63,488 nucleotides of DNA from a virus, in IMG/VR virus record IMGVR_UViG_3300032144_000008, positions 1 through 63,488 of that record. One strand, 5' to 3'. Position 1 is the stretch's first letter. Every line of letters begins with the position of its first letter. Under the pieces are notes generated by a model that saw only the letters and a list, made by a program, of their open reading frames with translations, was not told the DNA's origin and did not search any database. The position numbers were made by a program, and so were the translations under genes. Positions 53,133 to 61,841 of the stretch are shown here, in pieces.

Positions 53133-53738
53133 ATGGCCACGAACTGGACGGTGATGACGGGGACCATGGTGAGGAAAGTCCTCACAGCGGCCACCCAGTC
53201 AGACCCCAATCAGAATCTGGCGGAAGGTGTGTTGGACGGAGACGAACTGAATTTGAGTGCGTCCAACCGACGAGACGAGGCAGTGGCAGAAGCGGTTAAG
53301 GAAGTGCGCGGGGCAATTCGGACGGCCGGAAGATATCCGTACGCCGTCACCGCTAGCACCGTGCCCCCAGAAGGGGAATGGCACACGTTGGTGATTGCGG
53401 CGTGGCGGCTGATTAATTCGACGCCCGGTCTGGCACGATCATTTTTGGCGGGCGATGGCGGCGCTGAGACCCCGTTGGCCAAGATGTATCGGGAGGCCAT
53501 TGAATGGATTTACGGTTGCGGTTGTCCCAAACAAGGTGGGCTACGTCAAGGAGAAGGATTTACTGAGCCCACGGATCCTGTGGGAGTGGACTGGACCACG
53601 GCGGTGGCAGCCGACAACGTTGCCATCAGCGGTATCCGTTGGGGAGATTCCGTCGCAGACGATTCTGAATACGAAGCTGGCATCACCGAAGACGGTATCG
53701 TGGTGAACAGCCAGTCTCAAAACATGAACACATACTAG
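53133..53738 (+). CDS. head-tail connector/adaptor candidate
   Basis: Position in the head module. 201 aa. No decisive motif. Confidence 0.5.
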   Translation: MATNWTVMTGTMVRKVLTAATQSDPNQNLAEGVLDGDELNLSASNRRDEAVAEAVKEVRGAIRTAGRYPYAVTASTVPPEGEWHTLVIAAWRLINSTPGLARSFLAGDGGAETPLAKMYREAIEWIYGCGCPKQGGLRQGEGFTEPTDPVGVDWTTAVAADNVAISGIRWGDSVADDSEYEAGITEDGIVVNSQSQNMNTY

Positions 53739-53745
53739 ATCCCTT

Positions 53746-54966
53746 GTGGCTGCTTTTGCTCTCATTGCTGCTGGTGTCGCTCCTGCTCGGGCTGTGGCTC
53801 GGGACGCGGGAGCAACCTTGACAGCCATCCGTGCCGAGCGTTTGGCGCGACGGATTGAGAGCGTGCTGGCCAAAGACTCTGGCCGCACCGCCAAGGCAAT
53901 CGTTCACGACGAAGCCGGTAACGTGCTGGTGATTCGGGATGCGACTTACGGAACGTGGGATTTGCCGGGTGGTCACCTGCACGAAGGCGAAAGTCTCAAC
54001 CAAGGCTTGCACCGGGAAGTGAAAGAGGAAACTGGCCTTGAGATCAGCGGCGAGAGTTGGAATCGCAACGTCAACCAAGGCCGAACGGAGGTGTTCGACA
54101 CCCAGGTTTTCGGGGTCAAACCGCGAGTCACCCTTTCCGACGAACACACCGCTTTCAAGTGGGTTGAACCGGCGGAAGCCGAAAAACTGGCTGCTTTCTG
54201 GTTTCAGGACACCTCCGGGAACGTCCCCGGCTCGTCCAGGGCGAGCTTTTATCCCGAAACCGGGCCAACGGGCGTCCCCGGCCATCAAAACGCTCTAGAG
54301 GCCAAGCAGCGCGTCCGGGCAGAAGCTGAAAAACAGGTTGGCCGAGCCGTTCACCGGGTGGTGACCCTGGCCGAAGCCGAAGTTTTGGCCGGCAAACCTG
54401 CCGACGACTTCTGGGCTTATGCGGCCGCAACGTTCTTTGGCGCTATCATGGCGGCTTACGGCGAGTCGGCCAAAGCCCTGGCGGTGATTGAACGGGGAGC
54501 AGACCACGGCGACGTGGCCACCGAAGCTGAGGAGCGAGCGCACGCTGAACAACGAGCCGGTTTGCTCAAGGACTTTCCCAAGCGGATTCGGGAACGGCTA
54601 GAGCTAGAGGTCAAGCGCGGTCAAGAGCTTTGGGAGACGGAAGCCGAATTGAATCGTCGGGTCACCTTGGAAGGTGAACGTCTCCTTGAGACCGAAGGCC
54701 GAGTGGTGGCGGAAACCGAAGCGCAAGCCATTGCTGGCTCGGCTACGTTGCGGGCCTTGAAACGAGCCGGGTTTGAAACCTGTTTCTGGGTCACGGTAGG
54801 CGACGAGCGGGTGCGTGATAGTCACACCCACAACGAATCAGTTGGCGCAGTCAAGCTGGGTGACAAGTTTCCGAATGGTTGTCGGTTTCCGGGGGATCCT
54901 CTGGCACCGCTTGCGGAAACAATAAATTGTAGGTGCTGGTTGACCGGCGCAAACCGAAAGCAATGA
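53746..54966 (+). CDS. Nudix hydrolase domain fused to a MuF/SPP1-gp7-like head morphogenesis domain
   Basis: Nudix box GGHLHEGESLNQGLHREVKEETGL (nt 53968-54039). C-terminal VGDERVRDSHTHNE....FPGDPLAPLAETINCRCW matches the MuF motif (..D.r.c..C....PP.H.nCRC). Confidence 0.8.
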   Translation: MAAFALIAAGVAPARAVARDAGATLTAIRAERLARRIESVLAKDSGRTAKAIVHDEAGNVLVIRDATYGTWDLPGGHLHEGESLNQGLHREVKEETGLEISGESWNRNVNQGRTEVFDTQVFGVKPRVTLSDEHTAFKWVEPAEAEKLAAFWFQDTSGNVPGSSRASFYPETGPTGVPGHQNALEAKQRVRAEAEKQVGRAVHRVVTLAEAEVLAGKPADDFWAYAAATFFGAIMAAYGESAKALAVIERGADHGDVATEAEERAHAEQRAGLLKDFPKRIRERLELEVKRGQELWETEAELNRRVTLEGERLLETEGRVVAETEAQAIAGSATLRALKRAGFETCFWVTVGDERVRDSHTHNESVGAVKLGDKFPNGCRFPGDPLAPLAETINCRCWLTGANRKQ

Positions 54967-55427
54967 TCGCCCGCCTCCACATCACCAACGCCTCGCTCAC
55001 TGGCTTCAGCCGGGAAGTGAAAGACCGCATCAAGGCGGCGCAGCCCAAGGCGGAATTTGCCATGGCCGAGACGTTCCAAGAGTGTGTACTGAGCAACTTT
55101 GGTGCAACGGGCAAGTTTCGGCCGTGGTCCGGTTGGCCGCCACTCAGTCCGGCTTATGCTCGGAAAGTGGGCCGGGACTACGCCACGCTGGAAGTGAGCG
55201 GACGACTCAAGGCCAATGTGGTGATTGAATTGAACGGCGCAAACAATTTTGAAGTGACCAGTGATGACGATCGGGTGCCTTATTCCACGGTTCACCAGTA
55301 CGGTGGCGGCAACAATATCCCGCAACGGGAATACTTCCCCATGACGGACGACGGTCAAGTTTATCGTCAAGTTGAAGACATCGTGCAACGCGCAGCTGAG
55401 GACGCGTTGTTGAAGGAGCTTTCGTGA
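54963..55427 (+). CDS. virion morphogenesis protein (Mu gpG-like)
   Basis: ATGA overlap. VPYSTVHQYGGGNNIPQREYF resembles the pYA.iHq.G....iPaR.fl motif. Confidence 0.6.
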   Translation: MIARLHITNASLTGFSREVKDRIKAAQPKAEFAMAETFQECVLSNFGATGKFRPWSGWPPLSPAYARKVGRDYATLEVSGRLKANVVIELNGANNFEVTSDDDRVPYSTVHQYGGGNNIPQREYFPMTDDGQVYRQVEDIVQRAAEDALLKELS

Positions 55428-55885
55428 TGAATGCAATTGATCAAGCCAATGCCATTTGGGCACGGGAAGAACAACGCGGACGAATTGTTCTTGCCGCTGG
55501 TACTAGCGAGGGGGTCAAGAAGAGTTGGGAACACCGCAACCGAGAAGGTGCATTGTTGCACTTGAAAGAACTTCGCAAGGGCGGATTCAAGGGCAGGGTG
55601 TCAGTTGAACACGACAAGAGCAAAGGGGTGTTCTTTCTCAAGAAACAAGAAGGTGAATTGGCAGCGCGCAAACCGCCAACAACCATCACGCCTTACGACA
55701 AAGACATCCGGCGCATGAAGAGTTATGGAACTCAGGACTTGCACGGAGCGCTGACAGACACGATTTACGACGATCAAAAGGCACGGAAAGAATTTGAAGG
55801 CGACAATCCGGAAGCTTCTTGGGAAGACGCCGCGTCTGATTTAGCGGCAAATTATTTGAGTGTGTATCACGCTCACAAACACTAA
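55424..55885 (+). CDS. hypothetical head-module protein carrying the AAGTSEG..K.W motif
   Basis: N-terminus is paralogous to 48156..48506. Motif LAAGTSEGVKKSWEHR. Confidence 0.55.
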   Translation: MMNAIDQANAIWAREEQRGRIVLAAGTSEGVKKSWEHRNREGALLHLKELRKGGFKGRVSVEHDKSKGVFFLKKQEGELAARKPPTTITPYDKDIRRMKSYGTQDLHGALTDTIYDDQKARKEFEGDNPEASWEDAASDLAANYLSVYHAHKH

Positions 55886-56433
55886 TGCTAGCTCAACCCG
55901 TCACCATTTCTCAGCAAGCCTCAGCGTTGAAGTTGACGTTGGAAGGTTGGGCAACGCCTCGTGGTGGACGGGTGGCGGTGATGGCCAACCAACGCCATCT
56001 CTGGGAAGAATTGACCGACTTGCCTCAAGCTGTGGCCAATCAGTCGCCGCGCATCATGGTGCTTTGTGCGGGAGCAGACCTGTTGCTGCCGGGCGAGCCG
56101 GACTGTCATCGGGAAACGCGTCGTTGGCAAATTGTGCTGGTCAAGGGTCGTGGCTTCTACAAAGACCCCATGAGCGGTTTCACAGCCGAACCATTCACCG
56201 ATTCCATCGAAGCCATTCGGGATTTGATCCGCACGATGATCGGGATCAGCGATCTGGAAGAAACACCGGGCGTCATCTACAACGGTTGGAAACCATTGCC
56301 GAGCATTTTGCCCACCCGGGAGGCGAATGCCTTTGCGGACGCGGTGGTGATTGAATTTGTCACACACAATGACATCCCGCAAGTGATTTTAATAGCACCA
56401 GGAACAGAAGGATTGGACGGGAGTGAATTATGA
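55885..56433 (+). CDS. neck / tail-completion candidate
   Basis: Called by position only. TAATG overlap. Confidence 0.5.
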   Translation: MLAQPVTISQQASALKLTLEGWATPRGGRVAVMANQRHLWEELTDLPQAVANQSPRIMVLCAGADLLLPGEPDCHRETRRWQIVLVKGRGFYKDPMSGFTAEPFTDSIEAIRDLIRTMIGISDLEETPGVIYNGWKPLPSILPTREANAFADAVVIEFVTHNDIPQVILIAPGTEGLDGSEL

Positions 56434-57023
56434 AAGGAAACAGCATGAAGAAAGTTATGAACAGAATCATTTGGGCGCTTTGCCTTTTGGTCGCGCGCAT
56501 TCGGCTTATCGTCGTCAAACGGCAATACCCCGGATGCGAAGGCGCTCGCAATGCTTGGCCCACAACAGGCGCAGGATCGCTCGCAACTGGATACGTTGCC
56601 AGCGGTGTAACGACCATTCGCTGGGGCAGCGGTGAGTTGGTCACCAGCATCAACACCGTAGCCACCAGCGTAACAGTGGGCATCGTCACCCGCTTCAATC
56701 AGTCGGCGTTGGTGGACAACATGAAGTTCCCCAACGGGAACGGGGTGTCCATCACGCGAGTGTTGATTGTGGACGGCATGAAATGGGACGTCACTGTTCG
56801 GGATGACACCGGGTTGTCTGGCACTGCCGGCATTGGCCGTCCCAAGATCGGCACTGCTGTGGTCATTGTGGATGCAGCAGGATTGGTTGCAGGCGGACTG
56901 TCAACTGCCAAGTACACCGCCACGGTGGTGGAAGGTGGTTACGACGCTGCGCCCAAACAGCCGGGTGAAATGACTTTCACGGTAGAAAATCTGGCTTTGA
57001 TTGAAAGTCAATCCGCAGTCTAA
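56430..57023 (+). CDS. major tail tube protein candidate
   Basis: Lies directly upstream of the G/GT chaperone pair. Beta-rich, 197 aa. Confidence 0.45.
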   Translation: MKGNSMKKVMNRIIWALCLLVARIRLIVVKRQYPGCEGARNAWPTTGAGSLATGYVASGVTTIRWGSGELVTSINTVATSVTVGIVTRFNQSALVDNMKFPNGNGVSITRVLIVDGMKWDVTVRDDTGLSGTAGIGRPKIGTAVVIVDAAGLVAGGLSTAKYTATVVEGGYDAAPKQPGEMTFTVENLALIESQSAV

Positions 57024-57027
57024 TTCC

Positions 57028-57582
57028 ATGAAACCCAACCCCAACCTATTCAGTCCGGAAATCGAAGCCAAGGTGGCGGAGATGGCTGCCCAAACCCAGG
57101 CAGTTGATCAACAAGCGGCAGGCGCACTGGCCGAGCCGTTGCCGGGTCCGACTAAGGACATCTTTGCCGTGGCGCAGGACATCAAGGTTGGCAAGTGGAA
57201 CGTGCGGCCGTTTTATGATCTCGACTTTGTGTTGTTGGAAGAGCTCCAACATCCCATGGCCAACATCATGAAGGCCACCATGTCGGGTGAGGAAGTCAAA
57301 GACGACTACATCCCGAGCGGGTCAACGGCTTGGCAATTGTTTTGGATCATGACCCGTCCGCCGGAAGAAACCGAGGCGTTGTTGGCGGAAAACAAGCTGG
57401 GAGAATTGATCAAGCTGTCACGGGCGGAGTTTGGCAAGCTGTCCTTTGCGGTGTTGGTCAAGCTATACGAAGCCGTGGTCCGGCAGATTGGAATCTGCAC
57501 CAGCGGCAACGTGGCCTACGGCGCACCAACAGAGGAGGGCGAGGCAAGGCAAGCCGCGTCCCCAAAATCATTGGCGGCGTAG
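57028..57582 (+). CDS. tail assembly chaperone (gpG analogue)
   Basis: Lies upstream of the tape measure gene. Contains the slippery heptamer near its 3' end. Confidence 0.65.
   Translation: MKPNPNLFSPEIEAKVAEMAAQTQAVDQQAAGALAEPLPGPTKDIFAVAQDIKVGKWNVRPFYDLDFVLLEELQHPMANIMKATMSGEEVKDDYIPSGSTAWQLFWIMTRPPEETEALLAENKLGELIKLSRAEFGKLSFAVLVKLYEAVVRQIGICTSGNVAYGAPTEEGEARQAASPKSLAA
57561..57567 (+). promoter_or_regulatory. -1 programmed frameshift slippery heptamer C_CCA_AAA
   Basis: Zero-frame codons are tcC CCA AAA. The -1 frame is open from here to 57818. Confidence 0.6.
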
Positions 57583-57818
57583 TGGATGGGCTGGGCTGGT
57601 TGCACGAAAAGCACGGACGGTGCATGGCTCGCTACGGTTGGACGGAACGGTTTTGTTGGACGGGAATTTCGACAGCGAAGTCAGCGGTGTATGACAACCT
57701 GGCCAAAGAGCAGGAGATTACGGCCTTTGGACCGTTGTGGGAGCGAAAGTCTCCCGGTTACGTCAAACAGGAAATTGAAAAGCGATTGAAGCATGGCAGG
57801 CGGAAAAATCAGCGTTGA
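57567..57818 (+). CDS. T-extension of the tail assembly chaperone (G-T fusion via -1 frameshift)
   Basis: -1 frame reads PK IIGGVVDGLGWLHEKHGRCMARYGWTERF... and is protein-like. Ends inside the start of the tape measure gene. Confidence 0.6.
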   Translation: MIGGVVDGLGWLHEKHGRCMARYGWTERFCWTGISTAKSAVYDNLAKEQEITAFGPLWERKSPGYVKQEIEKRLKHGRRKNQR

Positions 57819-59079
57819 ACTCAGACTGGTACTTGACAAGCTGAATGCCGACATCAAGGCAGCAGCGGCGTCGATGCGTGCCGGGTTGTCCAAGGACATG
57901 GGCTCAACGGCTGCCGGCACAGAGAAAGCTGCCAACGCCCAAACCAAGCTGGCGGGCGAGGTCAAGAAAACGACCAATGCGTTGAAGGACCAAGCCAAGG
58001 CTGCTTACGAAGCTTGGAAGGCGTCGTTGCCGCCGATGAGGGTGACAGACTCCACCCAACAACGCAAAGGCTCTGGCCGGTTCTTCTCGCCTTGGTCAAC
58101 GGATGCGGGTGGCGGCTTAGCCACAGATCCTGACGCCATCATCAATCCACAACGCCCGAAGGCAGCACCGGGTGCCATTCCTCCAGCGATGTTCAGACGA
58201 CCGGGTTCAATTCCGCCTCCAATTCCGCCCGCAAAAATGGGGATGCTCCAACAGGCTCTCAAGGCCATTGATCCAATTCTTTTCAAAGCGGCATTGATTG
58301 GAGCAGCCTTGGCAGGACTGAGAGTTGCACTCGGGTATGTGACGTTTGCTTTTAGGGGAATGCTTGTTCCAATCCGGTTGTTGAGCAGAACATTCATTGA
58401 GGCTGCCGAGTCGGCTCGCCGAATGTATGCCAAGGCTCTACAAAGCGGCGGTCTTGGAATGGGATATGTGGCGCGTCGTGCGGCGCTGGCCGACGTCATT
58501 GGTGTGGGCGAGGAAGAAGTTTACAGCTATGGCAACGCGGTGCGCCACTTGAATGAACGGCTCAACTTTGCCACCGCAGTGGCCGCTTACACCAACAAGG
58601 AGCTGACCTCTGCCAGCTGGGCGTTGCGCGTGGTGGCTCATGATTTTGCAGCTCTGAAGAGCCTGTTGGCAGCCCAATTGGCACCCGTTGTTCGTGAGTT
58701 GGCCGCAGCCTTTCACGGCATTGCGATGGTGTTGAGCGGGGAGGCAATCAAGTGGGGCAAGATCATTGCTTCGGGCATTCGAGCCGGGCTGTTGCAAGTG
58801 CTGGGTCCGTTCTGGAGTTCAGCCTTGTTGGGTGCTCAAGTGATTGGCGGTGGCGACAAAGGAGCTGCTCCTGGCACGGAAGTGGCCACCAAGCGCATGC
58901 CCTTTTCTGCTTGGGAGAAAATGGGCTTGGTAGTTGGAACGGGTGGCGGCAACAACTGGGCTCAGCAAACCGCGCAAGCCACCAAAAAGACGGCTGAGAA
59001 CACGGCTCGTCTAATTGAGTTGATGACCGGCAAGAACGGTCAACTCATGATTCCCTTTACGCTTCACAACGCTCCATGA
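57793..59079 (+). CDS. tape measure protein (short, 428 aa)
   Basis: Position after G/GT. Helical Ala-rich N-terminus, hydrophobic central segments, Gly-rich C-terminus. Confidence 0.6.
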   Translation: MAGGKISVELRLVLDKLNADIKAAAASMRAGLSKDMGSTAAGTEKAANAQTKLAGEVKKTTNALKDQAKAAYEAWKASLPPMRVTDSTQQRKGSGRFFSPWSTDAGGGLATDPDAIINPQRPKAAPGAIPPAMFRRPGSIPPPIPPAKMGMLQQALKAIDPILFKAALIGAALAGLRVALGYVTFAFRGMLVPIRLLSRTFIEAAESARRMYAKALQSGGLGMGYVARRAALADVIGVGEEEVYSYGNAVRHLNERLNFATAVAAYTNKELTSASWALRVVAHDFAALKSLLAAQLAPVVRELAAAFHGIAMVLSGEAIKWGKIIASGIRAGLLQVLGPFWSSALLGAQVIGGGDKGAAPGTEVATKRMPFSAWEKMGLVVGTGGGNNWAQQTAQATKKTAENTARLIELMTGKNGQLMIPFTLHNAP

Positions 59080-60365
59080 AATCCATTTCTGTAACTTCAG
59101 CCACGCCGGGATATGCCAAGGGCACCTTGACTTCCAATGGCGCCATTCCCACCGATGGCGATACAGTGACGATTGGATCCGTCACCTACACTTTCAAGAC
59201 CACGTTGACTCCCACCGCTGGACAGGTGCTCATCAACAGCAGCGCCGAGAATGCTCTGATCAATTTGAAGCGAGCCATTGATCACACCGGCACACCGGGA
59301 ACGGATTATGCCAACAGTGGCTCCACGGCCATTGCTCATCCCACAGTGGCCGGCAGCACCATCACCGCCACCAGCTTGGTTGTGGTGGCGTTGACGATCG
59401 GTTTGGGCCAGGAATCCATTGCAACGACCGACACGGCGACAACGTTGTCTTGGGGCTCAGCCACGCTGGTGGTGAGCGACCTGACGATTGTTGCCACCTT
59501 TGCTGAGGAGACCTTTGATCAACCTTCCCAGCGAGTGACGGTGGGCGAGTTTCCGTCTGGGAACACCAGCTGGTCACGGGCACACAAACTGACCAACCAC
59601 GCCCATTTTTGCGAGCGCAACCTGTCCAGCGGCGTGGTGCGAATGGCCTGGGCCTTGGATGAGTTCGCCAAAGTGGCAATAGCCTTGGAACCAAGTTTAA
59701 GTTGGACGCCAGTGGTGACGACTGAGCCGGTGGCAGACGCCACAGCCTTTGCGAGCGCACTGGTTACCTCTAACGCCACGGCTCCGGCCAACAACGACAC
59801 CATCACCTTGGGCAGCGTAACCTACACCTTCAAGACCACCTTGACCGGCAGTCCGGACGAGGTCTTGATTGGGGCTAGCGCAGCAGCCGCGCTGGATAAT
59901 TTGAAGTCAGCAGTCAACACCACGGCAGGGGAAGGCACAACCTACGGCACGGGCACGTCCATTCATCCCAACATTACCGCTACCACCAACACCGACACCA
60001 CCCAGTTGTTCGTGGCCAAGGCTGTGGGGACAGCCGGCAACGCTTATGCCAGCACCACCACTTCGGCCAATCTCTCATTCCCGGGAGCCACCTTCACGGG
60101 CGGGCTGGCAGCAGCCACCTTTGCGGTAGTGGCCGGTGGCAGCGAGACAACGCTCAGTTACCAGTGGCAATATTCCGCCGATGGCACAACCGGATGGACG
60201 GCTGCAAGCGGCACGGTCAATGGCTGTGTTTACACCAACGACACAACGGCCACTTTGACTTGCACTCCCACCACCACCGGTCAGACCGGCTACTATCATC
60301 GTTGTGTGCTGACCAATAGTGCCGGCACCACCAACACCGACGCGGTGGTTTTGACCATCACCTAA
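59076..60365 (+). CDS. tail tip protein with an internal tandem duplication and a C-terminal Ig-like domain
   Basis: DTVTIGSVTYTFKTTLTPTAGQVLINSSAENALINLKRAI versus DTITLGSVTYTFKTTLTGSPDEVLIGASAAAALDNLKSAV. C-terminal YQWQYSADG...YYHRCVLTNSAGTT..AVVLTI is Ig-like. Confidence 0.6.
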   Translation: MKSISVTSATPGYAKGTLTSNGAIPTDGDTVTIGSVTYTFKTTLTPTAGQVLINSSAENALINLKRAIDHTGTPGTDYANSGSTAIAHPTVAGSTITATSLVVVALTIGLGQESIATTDTATTLSWGSATLVVSDLTIVATFAEETFDQPSQRVTVGEFPSGNTSWSRAHKLTNHAHFCERNLSSGVVRMAWALDEFAKVAIALEPSLSWTPVVTTEPVADATAFASALVTSNATAPANNDTITLGSVTYTFKTTLTGSPDEVLIGASAAAALDNLKSAVNTTAGEGTTYGTGTSIHPNITATTNTDTTQLFVAKAVGTAGNAYASTTTSANLSFPGATFTGGLAAATFAVVAGGSETTLSYQWQYSADGTTGWTAASGTVNGCVYTNDTTATLTCTPTTTGQTGYYHRCVLTNSAGTTNTDAVVLTIT

Positions 60366-60366
60366 C

Positions 60367-61443
60367 ATGCCACAACTCGCTTTAGGATTCAGTTGGGAGG
60401 ATGGCCTGAATGGTCACGGTGGCACGCCTACGCCCGACGGTGCTATTCGGGTGCAGTCTGGTGGGGGCATCACAGCGGTGGACGATGTCATCACCGAAGA
60501 AGCTCCGGATTCCCCGGAGATTGAACGAGCCAATCAAGCCACCATGACGGCGACCAAGAGCATGTCGTGGTTGGAGGCTAAGAACCAGATTCAATACTAC
60601 GGCTTGGGAACAATTGTTGAGGATGAGTTTGGTAACATCTTCAAGGTGTTGTCGGCGCGCATTAAGCGGGTCAAGCCTTCGATGGCTACGATGACGATCG
60701 TGGCTGAGAGCATTTCCTTTGATGTGCCGGTGGACGAGTTCAGCATTCAGCCCGTGGAGTTGGGATTGAACATCCTCAAACACCCACGCTACTTCTATGC
60801 TTTTCTGGGTGCAAGTGCAGATGAAGAGGCTCGCAATCAGATGGTCATCCGTCGGTTGCAAGATTACATGGAGACCACCAACTCGCAAAAGCGGGACTAC
60901 ATGGTCAAAGAGCTCAAGGCATCCATTGGCTTCGCGGGCACAGCGGGTGCCGATCAGCCGACGCTTTCCACCACATCTCAAATTGCCGGAACAGACTGGG
61001 CCAAATATGCTGCGATGGAGATCATTCAAAAGTATTGGCGTGGGGAGGAAACGCCTTACATCGTAGGATTTGACATCAAGTGGTCACAGTATTATTTCAT
61101 TCCTCCATTTCTGATTCCGGGCGGGTTTATTGAAGACCCCATGACCGAGGCAGTGCCGCAGCTGCCAGACTATTTCTGGTTGCAGCCGGGCGGCGCTTCC
61201 ATTTTCGATTTCATTGCCTCATCCAATCCGCAATGTTATTCCTCGGACGGCACCAGTGGTGGGAGTCTGAACATCAGTTGGCTGCGCCGGTCGGACCAAA
61301 TCGAATACCAGCGCACCTGGTTCAAGATCACCCGTTCCTGGTTTGGTTCGCCGGTTGGGTTTTGGGACCCGCAGCTTTACGGATTCCAAATTGAACGACC
61401 TTCGGCTGACAACGCTGCGTCTGAATTTCTGGCCATCAACTAA
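60367..61443 (+). CDS. tail tip/baseplate protein
   Basis: Called by position. 358 aa. Confidence 0.55.
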   Translation: MPQLALGFSWEDGLNGHGGTPTPDGAIRVQSGGGITAVDDVITEEAPDSPEIERANQATMTATKSMSWLEAKNQIQYYGLGTIVEDEFGNIFKVLSARIKRVKPSMATMTIVAESISFDVPVDEFSIQPVELGLNILKHPRYFYAFLGASADEEARNQMVIRRLQDYMETTNSQKRDYMVKELKASIGFAGTAGADQPTLSTTSQIAGTDWAKYAAMEIIQKYWRGEETPYIVGFDIKWSQYYFIPPFLIPGGFIEDPMTEAVPQLPDYFWLQPGGASIFDFIASSNPQCYSSDGTSGGSLNISWLRRSDQIEYQRTWFKITRSWFGSPVGFWDPQLYGFQIERPSADNAASEFLAIN

Positions 61444-61841
61444 TGAACTTCAGCAACCCCATTCCACGAGGACCGGCAGTGAGGACTTGGCCGTCCTCGC
61501 CATTGCGCTCGCCGCGTGATGCGGATTCGCCAGTCAAGCAATGGCAGAAGGCTGGCTCCACCGGGGAGCAGGTGCTGGCCTTGCAGGAGAACGTCAAGCA
61601 GTTACAACGTCAGTTTGATCGCTTGCGCCGACGCGGGGCAGGGGATGACGCCGAGGCCACCACCGGCATGACCTACAAAGGGGAATGGGCGGCAGACGTA
61701 GAATATGTTGCCCAGAACGTTGTGACACGCGGAGCACTGGGCGAGTTCATTTGTCTGCAGGCCATTTCCGTCGTGGCACCAGAAACCGGAGCACCCTATT
61801 GGCACGGTTGGGTGCATCCTTTCCCGGGGATTTGGGGATGA
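61443..61841 (+). CDS. small tail-associated protein
   Basis: TAATG overlap upstream and ATGA overlap downstream. Confidence 0.5.
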   Translation: MNFSNPIPRGPAVRTWPSSPLRSPRDADSPVKQWQKAGSTGEQVLALQENVKQLQRQFDRLRRRGAGDDAEATTGMTYKGEWAADVEYVAQNVVTRGALGEFICLQAISVVAPETGAPYWHGWVHPFPGIWG

